Shown: positions 38,301-51,330 of the stretch, in pieces
Layout of the letters: each line of letters starts with the position of its first letter
Position numbering within the stretch: position 1 is the stretch's first letter
Assembly (NCBI GenBank): GCA_010909165.1
Contig: MU008185.1
Span: 62,001-126,000, forward strand
Source: Anthoceros angustus
Taxonomy: Eukaryota; Plantae; Anthocerotophyta
Reading direction: 5' to 3'
Length of the DNA stretch: 64,000 nt
Position numbers and translations under genes: made by a program
The notes under the pieces: model-generated
What the model saw: only the letters and a program-made list of their open reading frames with translations
Databases searched by the model: none
Told to the model about the DNA's origin: nothing

Positions 38301-39264
38301 TTGGAACCGTAAGGTAGGTAGATAAAACTTGTTCATTTTCTTCTCTACTTGGAGGGTGAACGTTCTCCGACGACTCGTTGGACTGCATTTATTTCTATGC
38401 AGCAATTACTACGTATTTGAGACAACCTTGAAGGACAACTCAGGAGGAATGCTACTGCGCAACACATCACCGTGCACTTTTCTGCCAGATTCCAAGTCGG
38501 CGGCAAATGCTTGCACATATTTCGTTTGTTCAAGGCTGGGAGACCCTTCTACCGTCTCCCAAATGTCACCCTTTGCAAATAACGACTGCAAGACAGATCA
38601 AGAAGTACCTCACCGGCAGGCTTGATGTACTGAACTGATCATGACCCGTTCTTGTAATATATACGAATCCTATACAATGTACATACTGTGTAGTCAAAAT
38701 TTGGCTGTGGCTCTAGCTGTGTATAACGCAAGGGCCCTTCAATTCAATGCTCTCGTTGCTGGATGGCCCCAGCCGGCAAAGGACCTGTTCCGTTGGAGTC
38801 AGACGCTGGCTGGAAAGGTCAATGGTGGCAGTTGGTGGCAGGTGCGTGTCTCTCTCACTCTCTCAGGTTTAGATGGTGACAAGGACATCACTGAAGGTGT
38901 AAAACCGTGGGCTATTACGTTCAGCTCAAGTCTCAAGGGCTTGAAACACCAGGTAGTGGGCGTCAGATCACTGCGTTGGCCAGGAGCCTTCAGCATGTCA
39001 TCTGAAGGTGGATTCAACAGTATATACGTGGGTTGGGGGGTCAAGACTGGCTCCTACAAACCTCCCCTTCCCCCGGAACTTGAAACGGAGTACAAGAAGA
39101 AGCTTGTCGAGGTTCATGATTTACCACCTAAACCGCCTCCACCCAAGCCAGAAGGTGCTGAAGGTGAGGACGAGGGCGAGGAGGAGGAGGAAGAGGAGGA
39201 GGTGGAGGTGGACGCAACAGCATGCTCTGCGTGCTCCAAGTTCTGGGATTTGCCATTGCAATGA
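32381..39264 (+). CDS. Flagellar radial spoke head protein RSP4/RSP6 (RSPH4A/6A) family; exons 1-4 in order, later exons duplicated and scrambled
   Basis: NVFAHLSDLI|ILETKPDDAVDMLE, FEAVGAGLGRTESYLI, VRFFGKIFGT|NYYVFET, ANACTYFVC, ARQIKKYLTG, SWVHRRPHINKQGRC, VRSLRWPGA, FNSIYVGWGVK; Glu-rich tracts; canonical introns 32483-32659, 32819-32903, 33252-33340. Confidence 0.88.
33857..34660. repeat. ~37-46-bp minisatellite with a variable (CAT)n core
   Basis: (TCA)nTGTCAC(G/T)TTGTGCACTGTAGGCATCTGTT units, interrupted at ~34075-34215. Confidence 0.92.
37340..37790 (-). pseudogene. PPR DYW-deaminase domain remnant, partly duplicated
   Basis: KDVLCGHA(DP)EKLALAFG...LLNSTPSGIPLLVTKNLRLC; CxxC and C-terminus eroded; 37343-37514 repeated at 37565-37735. 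Confidence 0.75.
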
Positions 39265-40504
39265 GGAGATTCTCATGGACTTTGACGACTGCCTCGAGGA
39301 GCTCATTGCTTGGGCTGGACTCTCGTCCTGATTGACCTGGGGCTCGAGGTGTCCTGGACAGCAGAGTATCAGAAAGCTACAGTTCCAAGGTTGAGAACTG
39401 GGAAATGAGCCAGGGAATCACCTGTCTGCCCTGCATGTAAGATAATTGTGCATTACCAACGGCATTTCAGTGAACTGTATCACAAGAAGTCAAAATCCAC
39501 GTTCACGTCGAACTCGAGATAGGCAGAGCGATCCTCAGAAACGCAGCTAGAAACATATGCCAAAAATGCAGTCAAGCAGTCTGAAATAAGATCCCCAGAG
39601 GTGTAAGCTTGTCAGTGTCCACAGAATTACAGACGCCGACAACACTGAAAGCCGAAGTGCGGCAACAAGTCTCCTCGGATGGCACGGGCAGAATTGGTCA
39701 GACTACTGCTGTGAAAGCTGTGACGCTGAAAGTTGTGTGTCGCAGTTCTGTTCATGTGTGTGATTCTGGTTGCGCTGGGAATTGGCACCTTTCGTTGGTG
39801 GGCAGTACATGGTAAGGTTTATGGTGAAGCTTACTGGTAACATCCGGCTTATTCAGAGATGATTAGGCCGTGACAAGGCCGCCTGAGCCACATAAATGTC
39901 TTCACACAACAAATTCGCGGTTTAGATGCGTAACGTAATCAACCGAGAGCCCACAAAGTTCCGGCCATCGCCTGAGAAAAAAGAAAGTGTGAAGGCATCG
40001 CGCCTGCATCAGGAGCTGAAGGATGCCCAGCTAGCACAGTCAGCTCACAATCAAATACACACACGCATTGGCTAAAGCCGTCTAGGACGCAAAGGATGTA
40101 CGCAAGCCCTGCACTTCAGCAGGCGTCAGATTGGATGGCACGGGCAGAATTGGTCAGACTACTGCTGTGAAAGCTGTGACGCTGAAAGTTGTGTGTCGCA
40201 GTTCTGTTCATGTGTGTGATTCTGGTTGCGCTGGGAATTGGCACCTTTCGTTGGTGGGCAGTACATGGTAAGGTTTATGGTGAAGCTTACTGGTAACATC
40301 CGGCTTATTCAGACTATGAGCATTGAGCTTTAACGCAAAGCTGTCCGTTCTTGTAATATATACGAATCCTATACAATGTACATACTGTGTAGTCAAAATT
40401 TGGCTGTGGCTCTAGCTGTGTATAACGCAAGGGCCTTGCCTTCAATTCAATGCTCTCGTTGCTGGATGGCGCCGGCAAAGGACCTGTTCCGTTGGAGTCA
40501 GACG

Positions 40505-41600
40505 CTGGCTGGAAAGGTCAATGGTGGCAGTTGGTGGCAGGTGCGTGTCTCTCTCACTCTCTCAGGGCGTGCGTTTCTTACTTCCACTGGCCATGTCGGA
40601 AGGCTAAGCCATGCGGGAACCTGTCGTGGCAGTTATCAGGTAAGGGAATCTCGTGGATACCCTGTAACCCAATACCAGGAAGCCATCAACGGACAGGAAC
40701 TGGTACAGGCTCCGTTAATTGGCTGGAAAAGACGAAAGCAACAGTGCCGCCCACCTGTCCAGGGTGCCGGAGTTGATGCTCCCTCGCACAGCTGCTTTCG
40801 CAAGCCATTTTGCATGCCAGCCCATCCGGCAGCGGCACCCGAGAGGAGAGTGACGTGGGCCCTCTATCCGGTTCGGGCCTGACCGCGTCCCGGAGCGGAG
40901 GTCCGGGCCCTACCCTCCCTCGTTGCCCCGTGTGTAAGCCTGCCTTCCCCTCCCTCCTGTTTTCACCAGACGAGCTTCCTTCCTTCCTGCTGTTTTCACC
41001 AGACGAGCCATGGCGGATGAGGTGAAGGTGTGGGAGGAGGCCAGCGCGGCGCTGGCTGGAAAGGTCAATGGTGGCAGTTGGTGGCAGGTGCGTGTCTCTC
41101 TCACTCTCTCAGGGCGTGCGTTTCTTACTTCAATTTCCCACTGGCCATGTCGGAAGGCTAAGCCATGCGGGAACCTGTCGTGGCAGTTATCAGGTAAGGG
41201 AATCTCGTGGATACCCTGTAACCCAATACCAGGAAGCCATCAACGGACAGGAACTGGTACAGGCTCCGTTAATTGGCTGGAAAAGACGAAAGCAACAGTG
41301 CCGCCCACCTGTCCAGGGTGCCGGAGTTGATGCTCCTCGCACAGCTGCTTTCGCAAGCCATTTTGCATGCCAGCCCATCCGGCAGCGGCACCCGAGAGGA
41401 GAGTGACGTGGGCCCTCTATCCGGTTCGGGCCTGACCGCGTCCCGGAGGTCCGGGCCCTACCTCCCTCGTTGCCCCGTGTGTAAGCCTGCCTTCCCTCCC
41501 TCCTGTTTTCACCAGACGAGCTTCCTTCCTTCCTGCTGTTTTCACCAGACGAGCCATGGCGGATGAGGTGAAGGTGTGGAGGAGGCCAGAGAGGCGGCGG
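40505..41600. repeat. ~550-bp tandem duplication
   Basis: GCTGGCTGGAAAGGTCAATGG...GGATGAGGTGAAGGTGTGG at ~40504 and ~41051. Confidence 0.9.
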
Positions 41601-42604
41601 AGCATGCAGATCAGGAGATGGAGGCAGAGAGGAGGAGGAGGAGAGCGAGGAGTGGGAGGAGGGGATGAGGAAGAGTTCGAGCAAGAGGAGGAGGAGGTGG
41701 AGGTATATGTCATCTAACACAACAAATTCGCGGTTTAGATGCGTAACGTAATCAACCGAGAGCCCACAAAGTTCCGGCCATCGCCTGAGAAAAAAGAAAG
41801 TGTGAAGGCATCGCGCCTGCATCAGGAGCTGAAGGATGCCCAGCTAGCACAGTCAGCTCACAATCAAATACACACACGCATTGGCTAAAGCCGTCTAGGA
41901 CGCAAAGGATGTACGCAAGCCCTGCACTTCAGCAGGCGTCAGATTCAGGTTCTGGGCAAGGATGGCGTCACTGATGGGCGGGGTGGAAGTTCAAGATAGG
42001 CACGCAAGTCCTACTAGTTCAAGATAGGCACGCAGGCCTGTTTCTCTCTGCTCTGCCTCCAGAGGGAATTCCAACCAGAACAGCTTTGAGCCTGAAGTAG
42101 GCTCAAGGATTCTCTGGTTGAGCCCTTGGATCCGAGGTCGGGGAGATGCCGGCCTGTCCCTAAGGGTTCCAACCAGAACAGCTTTGAGCCTGAAGTAGGC
42201 TCAAGGATTCTCTGGTTGAGCCCTCTTTTGGCAAGAATCAGGCAGCCGAGCAATAGCTCGAGCCATGGCTTATGTGCTTGTGACCCATCTGTTTAACGGA
42301 TATGCGCGCGGTGTGTGAGTGTGGATGAGTTTGCAGCACCACGCATTCACCGCCTTGCCTCCCAGGGTTTCCAGCCACAACAGCCTGTGACTCTATGGAG
42401 GCTGTTTTGGTTGAGCCCTCTGGGATCAGGTCGGGGAGATGCCGGCCTGTCCCTAAGGGTTCCAACCACAACCTTCAAGAGCCTCCGCCTGGAGGAGGCT
42501 CACCTGCTCGTTTGGTTGAGCCCCTTGAAGCAAGGCAAGAATCAGGCGTGAATCGCGATCGGCCGATATCTTGTACTTGGCAAGAATCAGGCAGCCGAGC
42601 AATA

Positions 42605-42666
42605 GCTCGAGCTCGAGCTCGAGCTCGAGCTCGAGCTCGAGCTCGAGCTCGAGCTCGAGCTCGAGC
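42605..42666. repeat. (GCTCGA)10 self-complementary microsatellite
   Basis: Read directly; the reverse complement of the unit is a rotation of itself. Confidence 0.95.
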
Positions 42667-42954
42667 CATGGCGGATGAGGTGAAGGTGTGGGAGGAGGAG
42701 GCTCACAACTTTTGGTTGAGCCCTCTGGGATCAGGTCGGGGAGATGCCGGCCTGTGATGATGGACGACTGAGGCAACACCGGTTTTATACTCTCTTCAGC
42801 TGCAAAGGGGAAGGGCTCGAACCGGTGGAGGTATATGTCATCTAACCCGCTTCACACCGCTTCCGACGTGGAGCTGGATTGCATTTTCCCCTCCTGTTTT
42901 CACCAGACGAGCTTCCTTCCTTCCTGCTGTTTTCACCAGACGAGCCATGGCGGA

Positions 42955-45650
42955 TGAGGTGAAGGTGTGGGAGGAGGCCAGAGGCAGCGGAGCATGCAGA
43001 TCAGGAGATGGAGGCAGAGGAGGAGGAGGAGGAGGCGAGGAGTGGGAGGAGGGGATGAGGAAGAGTTCGAGCAAGAGGAGGAGGAGGTGGAGGTGGACGC
43101 AACAGCATGCTCTGCGTGCTCCAAGTTCTGGGATTTGCCATTGCAATGAGGAGATTCTCATGGACTTTGACGACTGCCTCGAGGAGCTCAGGACGATGCT
43201 CGCTGAGAGAAAACTTGAGTTTCGTCACCGACTTTGCAGCCAGCGTGGTTCCCAGGAAGGCAAGCCTCCACCTCTCCTCTCTTTGGTTGCATTCGCTTAC
43301 TGTTTACAAGGTTTCGCAAGTTCTCGTGTGTTCTGGATGCCGCTCTCTGCGATCTTTCGGAGTTTTATGTGTGTCCTCGATGCGTGCTTTCAAGAGATCG
43401 GCTATTTCGGAGTTTTGTGTGTGCTGTTGATGCGCGCTTGAAATCGACTCTTTTGGAGTTCATGTGTGTGTGCTTAAGCTTGACCCATCTGTTCGAGGCT
43501 TGAGATGCGTGTGCTTCCAGGCGCGATGCCCTGCTGACCGAGCTTGCTTAAGTGCGATCCATCTGTTTAACGGATATGCGCGCGGTGTGTGAGTGTGGAT
43601 GAGTTTGAAGGCACGCAGGCCTGTTCTCTCTGCTCTGCCTCCAGAGGAATTCCAACCACAACCTTCAAGAGCCTCCGCCTGGAGGAGGCTCACCTGCTCG
43701 TTTGGTTGAGCCCTCTTTGGATCATCACGTCGGAGAGATACCGCCGCCTGTACATGTGAATTGTTTTGCTGTCTTTGGCAAGAACTGTTGCAGCTCAGCT
43801 CGAGCTCGAGCCATGGCTTATGTGCTTGTGACTGATGTGATTAAACCTGTACATGTGTGTGCAGTTGCTCGCGCGTGCACTCATATGTAGCTCCGTCCTG
43901 CCTCGCTCAAAGGCCTTCCAACCGGAACAAGTTACTTTGAGCCTGAAGTAGGCTCAAGGATTCTCTGGTTGAGCCCTTGGATCCGAGGTCGGAGGTCAGG
44001 CGTGAATCGCGATCGGCCGATATCTTGTGGCAAGAATCGTGCAGCTCGAACTCTTGCTTTTCAGTGAAACCCTTCTATCTGTTTGGTCCTGTGGATTTGT
44101 TTGCACGCTTGCAGGTGTCTCTCCGGCCTGTCCCTAAGGGTTCCAACCAGAACAGCTTTGAGCCACGAGGAGGCTCACAACTTTTGGTTGAGCCCTCTGG
44201 GATCAGGTCGGGGAGATGCCGGCCTGTGATGTGTGAAACTTATGTGAAGTCATGCTTGTTTTCCGCTTGCAGAGATGTGGATTGCAGTTTTTACTGTAGA
44301 CTGTGCATCTCTGCAGCAGCGATGGACTGGCGAAGTGAAGGTGTGGGAGGAGGCCAGAGGCGGCGGAGCATGCAGATCAGGAGATGGAGGCAGAGAGGAG
44401 GAGGAGGAGGAGGCGAGGAGTGGGAGGAGGGGATGAGGAAGAGTTCGAGCAAGAGGAGGAGGAGGTGGAGGTGGACGCAACAGCATGCTCTGCGTGCTCC
44501 AAGTTCTGGGATTTGCCATTGCAATGAGGAGATTCTCATGGACTTTGACGACTGCCTCGAGGAGCTCAGGACGATGCTCGCTGAGAGAAAACTTGAGTTT
44601 CGTCACCGACTTTGCAGCCAGCGTGGTTCCCAGGAAGGCAAGCCTCCACCTCTCCTCTCTTTGGTTGCATTCGCTTACTGTTTACAAGGTTTCGCAAGTT
44701 CTCGTGTGTTCTGGATGCCGCTCTCTGCGATCTTTCGGAGTTTTATGTGTGTGTCCTCGATGCGTGCTTTCAAGAGATCGGCTATTTCGGAGTTTTGTGT
44801 GTGTGTTGTTGATGCGCGCTTGAAATCGACTCTTTTGGAGTTCATGTGTGTGTGCTTAAGCTTGTGACCCATCTGTTCGAGGCTTGAGATGCGTGTGCTT
44901 CCAGGCGCGATGCCCTGCTGACCGAGCTTGCTTAAGTGCGATCCATCTGTTTAACGGATATGCGCGCGGTGTGTGAGTGTGGATGAGTTTGAAGGCACGC
45001 AGGCCTGTTTCTCTCTGCTCTGCCTCCAGAGGAATTCCAACCACAACCTTCAAGAGCCTCCGCCTGGAGGCTCACCTGCTCGTTGGTTGAGCCCTCTTTG
45101 GATCATCACGTCGGAGAGATACCGCCGCCTGTACATGTGAATTGTTTTGCTGTCTTTGGCAAGAACTGTTGCAGCTCAGCTCGAGCTCGAGCCATGGCTT
45201 ATGTGCTTGTGACTGATGTGATTAAACCTGTACATGTGTGTGCAGTTGCTCGCGCGTGCACTCATATGTAGCTCCGTCCTGCCTCGCTCCAAAGGCCTTC
45301 CAACCGGAACAAGTTACTTTGAGCCTGAAGTAGGCTCAAGGATTCTCTGGTTGAGCCCTTGGATCCGAGGTCGGGGAGTCGGGCGTGAATCGCGATCGGC
45401 CGATATCTTGTACTTGGCAAGAATCGTGCAGCTCGAACTCTTGCTTTTCAGTGAAACCCTTCTATCTGTTTGGTCCTGTGGATTTGTTTGCACGCTTGCA
45501 GGTGTCTCTCCGGCCTGTCCCTAAGGGTTCCAACCAGAACAGCTTTGAGCCACGAGGAGGCTCACAACTTTTGGTTGAGCCTCTGGGATCAGGTCGGGGA
45601 GATGCCGGCCTGTGATGTGTGAAACTTATGTGAAGTCATGCTTGTTTTCT
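42955..45650. repeat. ~1.38-kb tandem duplication
   Basis: ~42958-44262 is repeated at ~44335-45648 with small indels. Confidence 0.9.
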
Positions 45651-47294
45651 TAACATGTTTGTATGATCATGAGTTTGCAGCACCACGCATTCACCCTTGC
45701 CTCCCAGGGTTTCCAGCCACAACAGCCTGTGATATGGAGGCTGTTTTGGTTGAGCCCTTGAAGCAAGGCAAGAATCAGGCAGCCGAGCAATAGCTCGAGC
45801 TATGGCTTGTAGTGTCCGATATGTTTACTACTGACGCTATTTATGAGCTTTTCTTCGGTTGAGCTTCATCGTTGGAATGCGGATCTGTGTAGAAACGTCC
45901 TCGACACATCAAGTGACGCTAGCAGATTGGTTCTCAACTTCTCACAGCTGGATGTACGCCGACCTGGGCATTCCTGAATGGTCAAGAACACGAACCGGAC
46001 TCCGGATCAGGAAGGCGAGGGTACCGCAGGGACAACGCGAACGTGAAGGATTTGACGGGAGACCAGGGGTGGTGGCAACCTTCCGTGGTCCCGCGTGGCC
46101 GGCGAGGATGGGCCTTTACGATATTCAAGGGCTGGGCAGATATCCGCGTCGCCGGCACATGGAGGCTGCAGAGGTATCTGCAGCGTCTGACAGGTGGGTA
46201 CCTATCGTATATGTACATGTTGCTACTTCTACATACGTACAGTAGTTCCATTATGGAGCTTCAGCTGATTTATGCCTTGAAGTACACCACGAAAGGTGGC
46301 AGGTTGACGGGTCATGGCGCCAGCCTTTGGACAATTTGGCCTTTTTCTTTCTATCCATGGTCTATCATAAAAGTAGCTATCGTGCATGAAAGTAACCACT
46401 GGTAGGGGCCAATTCGATTAGGCATTATATTTCATGATAATATTTTAATTAATTAAGCATTGATTAGTGTTAATTAAGCATAATAATAAATATGGACAGG
46501 TGATAACATATGACAGATCTATTAGCTTACTAATTTAAGGAATTGAGAACTTTGAAAGGTTCAAGAAGAAGATGAGTATATTGTATATACTCAATGAGAT
46601 CACGAACCAAGTAGCCACATTTGTTAAACTTGCCTATGCAATACCCCTCACTACACAACCAGAACAGCTTTGAGCCACGAGGAGGCTCACAACTTTTGGT
46701 TGAGCCCTCTGGGATCAGGTCGGGGAGATGCCGGCCTGTGATGTGTGAAACTTATGTGAAGTCATGCTTGTTTTCTTAACATGTTTGTATGATCATGAGT
46801 TTGCAGCACCACGCATTCACCCCTTGCCTCCCAGGGTTTCCAGCCACAACAGCCTGTGACTCTATGGAGGCTGTTTTGGTTGAGCCCCTTGAAGCAAGGC
46901 AAAGAATCAGGCAGCCGAGCAATAGCTCGAGCTATGGCTTGTAGTGTCCGATATGTTTACTACTGACGCTATTTATGAGCTTTTCTTCGGTTGAGCTTCA
47001 TCGTTGGAATGCGGATCTGTGTGCTTAACTCACGCTGCGGACTCATGAGCTTTTCTGCGACTGCTGATCATTTCTTATGTGGGTGCGGGGTGGAAGTTCA
47101 AGATATTTGAAATTGGCCTCCCTCGTGTGTAGCCTCTGTGCGAGATTACCCTTCGTAACAATAGCATATGTAATGGACTGAGATCCCTACTCTCGAGCTG
47201 TGCATGCTGGGCTACGCTTTGCAGCATCATCTTCATCCTTCCCAAGTTATGCCCCTTACTACGGCCGATAGAAGCCAAGTAAGACCTTACCAAG

Positions 47295-47732
47295 TTACGC
47301 CTTACTACACAACCAATAAAGAAGCGGTAAGACCTTACCGGTGGTGGAGACGAATCCCGACAGCACAGAGCCCTTGATGACGTAGAAGATCTCGGTGGCG
47401 CGGGGGTGGCTGTGCAGAGGCACCAGCCCGCCCGAGGCGAAGTCCAGTCTCACACCGGATATGCCGAACGTGTTGAGAGCCGGGAACTGGGCAGCGAATG
47501 CGGGGCTAATGGCGATCCCCAGCGGGCCTGCGGGCTTGCCCGGAACCACCTTGAATTTGAAGTCCGCGTCCACCACGCTCGACACTGCCTTGCAGGCGAA
47601 GATGTCGTAAATGAAGGGCGCGGTGAAGTCCGCGACGCAGAAATCGTTGATGTTGTCAGGCCCCGCCAGGACGCAGCTCGCTGCGGCCACGGCCAGGAGA
47701 AGGATCAGCAGCTGCGTGGCCGTTCTCGCCAT
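47295..47732 (-). pseudogene. Germin-like protein (cupin), C-terminally truncated as assembled
   Basis: Signal peptide, box A NDFCVAD, FPALNTFGIS, box B GLVPLHSHPRATEI, GFVST; box C is missing because the sequence switches into a tandem repeat at ~47330. Confidence 0.9.
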
Positions 47733-47849
47733 GGTCGACGATCAGCGAGAGCGTGGGGAGCAGGAGTCGACTGTTGCTACTTCTAGCAACACACCGCTAG
47801 TAGGGCATATCAAATAGATAAATTGATTAGTGTCAACTACCATACCGGT

Positions 47850-48130
47850 CAAGACGAATAGAGATGCTCCTCTTAAGAAGTTCCACATGGCTGTAGTGCA
47901 TCAAGCAAAACCTGAGCAAACCATGCTGATCTTCCGCATGGCTTGTCAAAGATGCACAAGCACGGATATCCTGCTGCACGTAGGTGATAGGCTAATCCCT
48001 ATTATTAAAAGGCTAACCACAGCCTAAGACATGTGGGATAAACTTAAGTCTACATACCTAAACGGCAGCATGGCATTTAGGCTATATGCTCAAGATCAAT
48101 TGCTTTCTATCAAATTAGTGGAAGGAAATT
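47850..48130 (+). mobile_element. Copia gag (UBN2-like) fragment
   Basis: ILLHVGDRLIPIIKRLTTA*DMWDKLKSTY...LYAQDQLLSIKLVEG. Confidence 0.65.
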
Positions 48131-50814
48131 AAGTCGGACTTTTTAAAACATAGAGTCGGAGCTTGTACCGTTGGAGGCGTGGTCGAGAACGAGGCTTTGC
48201 TAGCGAGGTTGTCCCGCCAAAAAGCTTGCAATTCCACCGCTCCTTCAACAACAAGGCGAGAACACGCCTTGTTCAACTCTCACACCGGCGCAATCGCAGC
48301 TCGGCACCGCACCTTTGCGGGATCGTCATCACAATGTCGTGAGGGTGTCACTCCATTCATCTCCACCCTCCATCCATCCTTGTCTCACACCCTTCCACCT
48401 CCGCATCCATCCTTGTCTCACACCCTTCCACCTCCGCATCCATCCCACACAATTGCTACAACCTACAGCGGAATACGGATGATGTCGAACCTCCGATAGC
48501 TACCCACTCCGACCACGGGATATAGAGCTCTAGGCCTTGAAAAGCTAGCTCGAGGCGTAAGCTCAAGGGAAGAAGCAAGTGAGTCTCGATGATTATTTTG
48601 GTGTGGGATCGCATATATAGCCTTTACAAATTTGGGCTTGTGATTCTCGGTGTTCTTCAACTCACCTCCAAACTACGTCACGGGATATAGAGCTCTAGGC
48701 CTTGCAAAGCTAGCTCAAGGGACGAAGCAAGTGAGTCTAATAATTTTGGTGTGTGGGATCGCATATATAGCCTTTAAAATTTGGTCTTGGTAGATTCTGT
48801 TCTTCAACTCACCTCCAAACTACGTCACGGGATATAGAGCTAAGACATGCAAAGCTAGTTCGAGGAGAAGCTTAAGGGAAGAAGAAGATGAGTATATTGT
48901 ATATACTCAATGAGATCACGAACCAAGTAGCCACATTTGTTAAACTTGCCTATGCAATACCCCTCACTACACAACCAGAATGAAGCAAAGTAAGACCTTC
49001 CCAAGGGACTGTGCCCGAGCCCACTTCCGCCGTAACTCCTGCTCCTGCCTCCTGAACATCCTTGAGAACCTTGAGGCCTTCTACGTGTCAAGGCTGTTCG
49101 GTGGCAGGAACCGGACCCAACACTACGGAGAAGGGGTAGGAACCGGACCCAACACTACGGAGAAGGATCAGCAGCTGCGTGGCCGTTCTCGCCATGGTCG
49201 ACGATCAGCGAGAGCGTGGGGAGCAGGAGTCGACTGTGTGGGAATCGGAAGCGGCCGAGCCCGAGCGAAGCTGGTGATGATGGACGACTGAGGCAACACC
49301 GGTTTTATACTCTCTTCAGCTGCAAAGGGGGGGAAGGGCTCGAACCGGTGGAGGTATATGTCATCTAACCCGCTTCACACCGCTTCCGACGTGGAGCTGG
49401 ATTGCATTTTCCCCCTCCTGTCCTTCGCTTTCTCTACGCTCCACGTCGGCCGCTGCAGTGTTTGGAGCAGGATGTTGCTGCTGCCAGACCATCTCGGCTG
49501 CATTTGGCAAGTCTTTAAGGCGCTTTCCGTTTCCACGGTTGCAGTGTCTGGGTCGAGCCAGGAGGTTGGCCATACTTTCAGGAGTCTTGTTCTTGTCGGC
49601 CAGATACAGCATCTTGCAGCGGATTCTTTCACCCAGCGGTCTTCCCAGCTGGCATGTTTCATATCTAGCATGCTTTCAGGAGAGTTTTGTCGACAGCTTG
49701 TTCCTTGTTTTCCGCTTGCAGAGATGTGGATTGCAGTTTTTACTGTAGACTGTGCATCTCTGCAGCAGCGATGGACTGGCGAAGTGAAGGTGAGATAGAC
49801 TGAGATCGGGCCCCAATCTTGAGCCTTATCGCTCACATCGGTGGTGAAGCTTTGCCATGAAAACCCTGGCGTGTTGACACACAGCTCATGGTACAGCTTT
49901 TCGACATTGCGTCACCCCGAGGCGAAAGAGAAAGGCACTGTGTGACTCTGTGACGGTGGAATTGTCAGAGGTTTGCCGTTATTTGCAGAGAACATGGTCG
50001 ACCTCGAGGAATCGGATTTTGGCCACGGTGGTGGCATACCACTGGATCTGTGTAGGAAACGTCCTCGACACATCAAGTGACGCTAGCAGATTGGTTCTCA
50101 ACTTCTCACAGCTGGATGTACGCCGACCTGGGCATTCCTGAATGGTCAAGAACACGAACCGGACTCCGGATCAGGAAGGCGAGGGTACCGCAGGGACAAC
50201 GCGAACGTGAAGGATTTGACGGGAGACCAGGGGTGGTGGCAACCTTCCGTGGTCCCGCGTGGCCGGCGAGGATGGGCCTTTTACGATATTCAAGGGGCTG
50301 GGCAGATATCCGCGTCGCCGGCACATGGAGGCTGCAGAGGTATCTGCACAGCGTCTACGACAGGTGGGTACCTATCGTATATGTACATGTTGCTACTTCT
50401 ACATACGTACAGTAGTTCCATTATGGAGCTTCAGCTGATTTATGCCTTGAAGTACACCACGAAAAGGTGGCAGGTTGACGGGTCATGGCGCCAGCCTTTG
50501 GACAATTTGGCCTTTTTTCTTTTCTATCCATGGTCTATCATAAAAGTAGCTATCGTGCATGAAAGTAACCACTGGTAGGGGCCAATTCGATTAGGCATTA
50601 TATTTCATGATAATATTTTAATTTTTTAGTGTATTAAGCATAATAATAAATATGGGACAGGTGATAACATATGACAGATCTATTAGCTTACTAATTTAAG
50701 GAATTGAGAACTTTGAAAGGTTCAAGAAGAAGATGAGTATATTGCCGTATATACTCAATGAGATCACGAACCAAGTAGCCACATTTGTTAAACTTGCCTA
50801 TGCAATACCACCCC

Positions 50815-51330
50815 TCACTACACAGCCAGTAATGAAGCAAAGTAAGACCTTCCCAAGTTATGCCCCTTACTACACAGCCAGTAAAGAAGCCAAGTAAGAC
50901 CTTACCAAGTTACGCCCCTTACTACACAACCAATAAAGAAGCGAAGTAAGACCTTACCAAGTTACGCCTCTTACTACAAAGCCAGTAAAGAAGCGAAGTA
51001 AGACCTTGTCAACTTACTCCTGAACAAAGACATGGACAATCTCTCGACGTCCCAACCTCACGAGACGGCACTAGGCTCCAAGTAGCACTAGGAGCATGTA
51101 GTTTGCGAATCATCATTAAGTCACTTAAGTCCTACTAGTTCAAGATAGGCACGCAAGTCCTACTAGTTCAAGATGGCCGAACATGCTACTACCCTTGTCT
51201 TGAGGGTAAGCTCTTTGGATAGGCTCTCCACTTAAGGGTAAGCTCTGTAGCTAGGCTCTCCACTTATGGGAAAGGCTTCTAGCTAGGCCCTCCACTTAAG
51301 GGTAAGCTCTCTAGCTAGGCTCTCCACTGC
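50815..51330. repeat. Tandem repeats (~52-bp units, then ~31-bp units)
   Basis: ACTACACAGCCAGTAAAGAAGC-AAGTAAGACCTTACCAAGTTA about 4 times; TAGGCTCTCCACTTAAGGGTAAGCTCT about 4 times. Confidence 0.85.

Larger units (their letters stand above)
45883..50825. repeat. Dispersed ~780-bp direct repeat (45883-46656 and 50045-50823)
   Basis: GGATCTGTGTAG(G)AAACGTCCTCGACAC...CCCCTCACTACACA in both copies. Confidence 0.88.

Noticed and set aside
39300-46400. Numerous 60-300-aa ORFs, including poly-AR/EL and poly-S/E/R frames
   Set aside because: They derive from duplicated low-complexity patchwork or alternative frames of Glu-rich tracts, with no recognisable domain.
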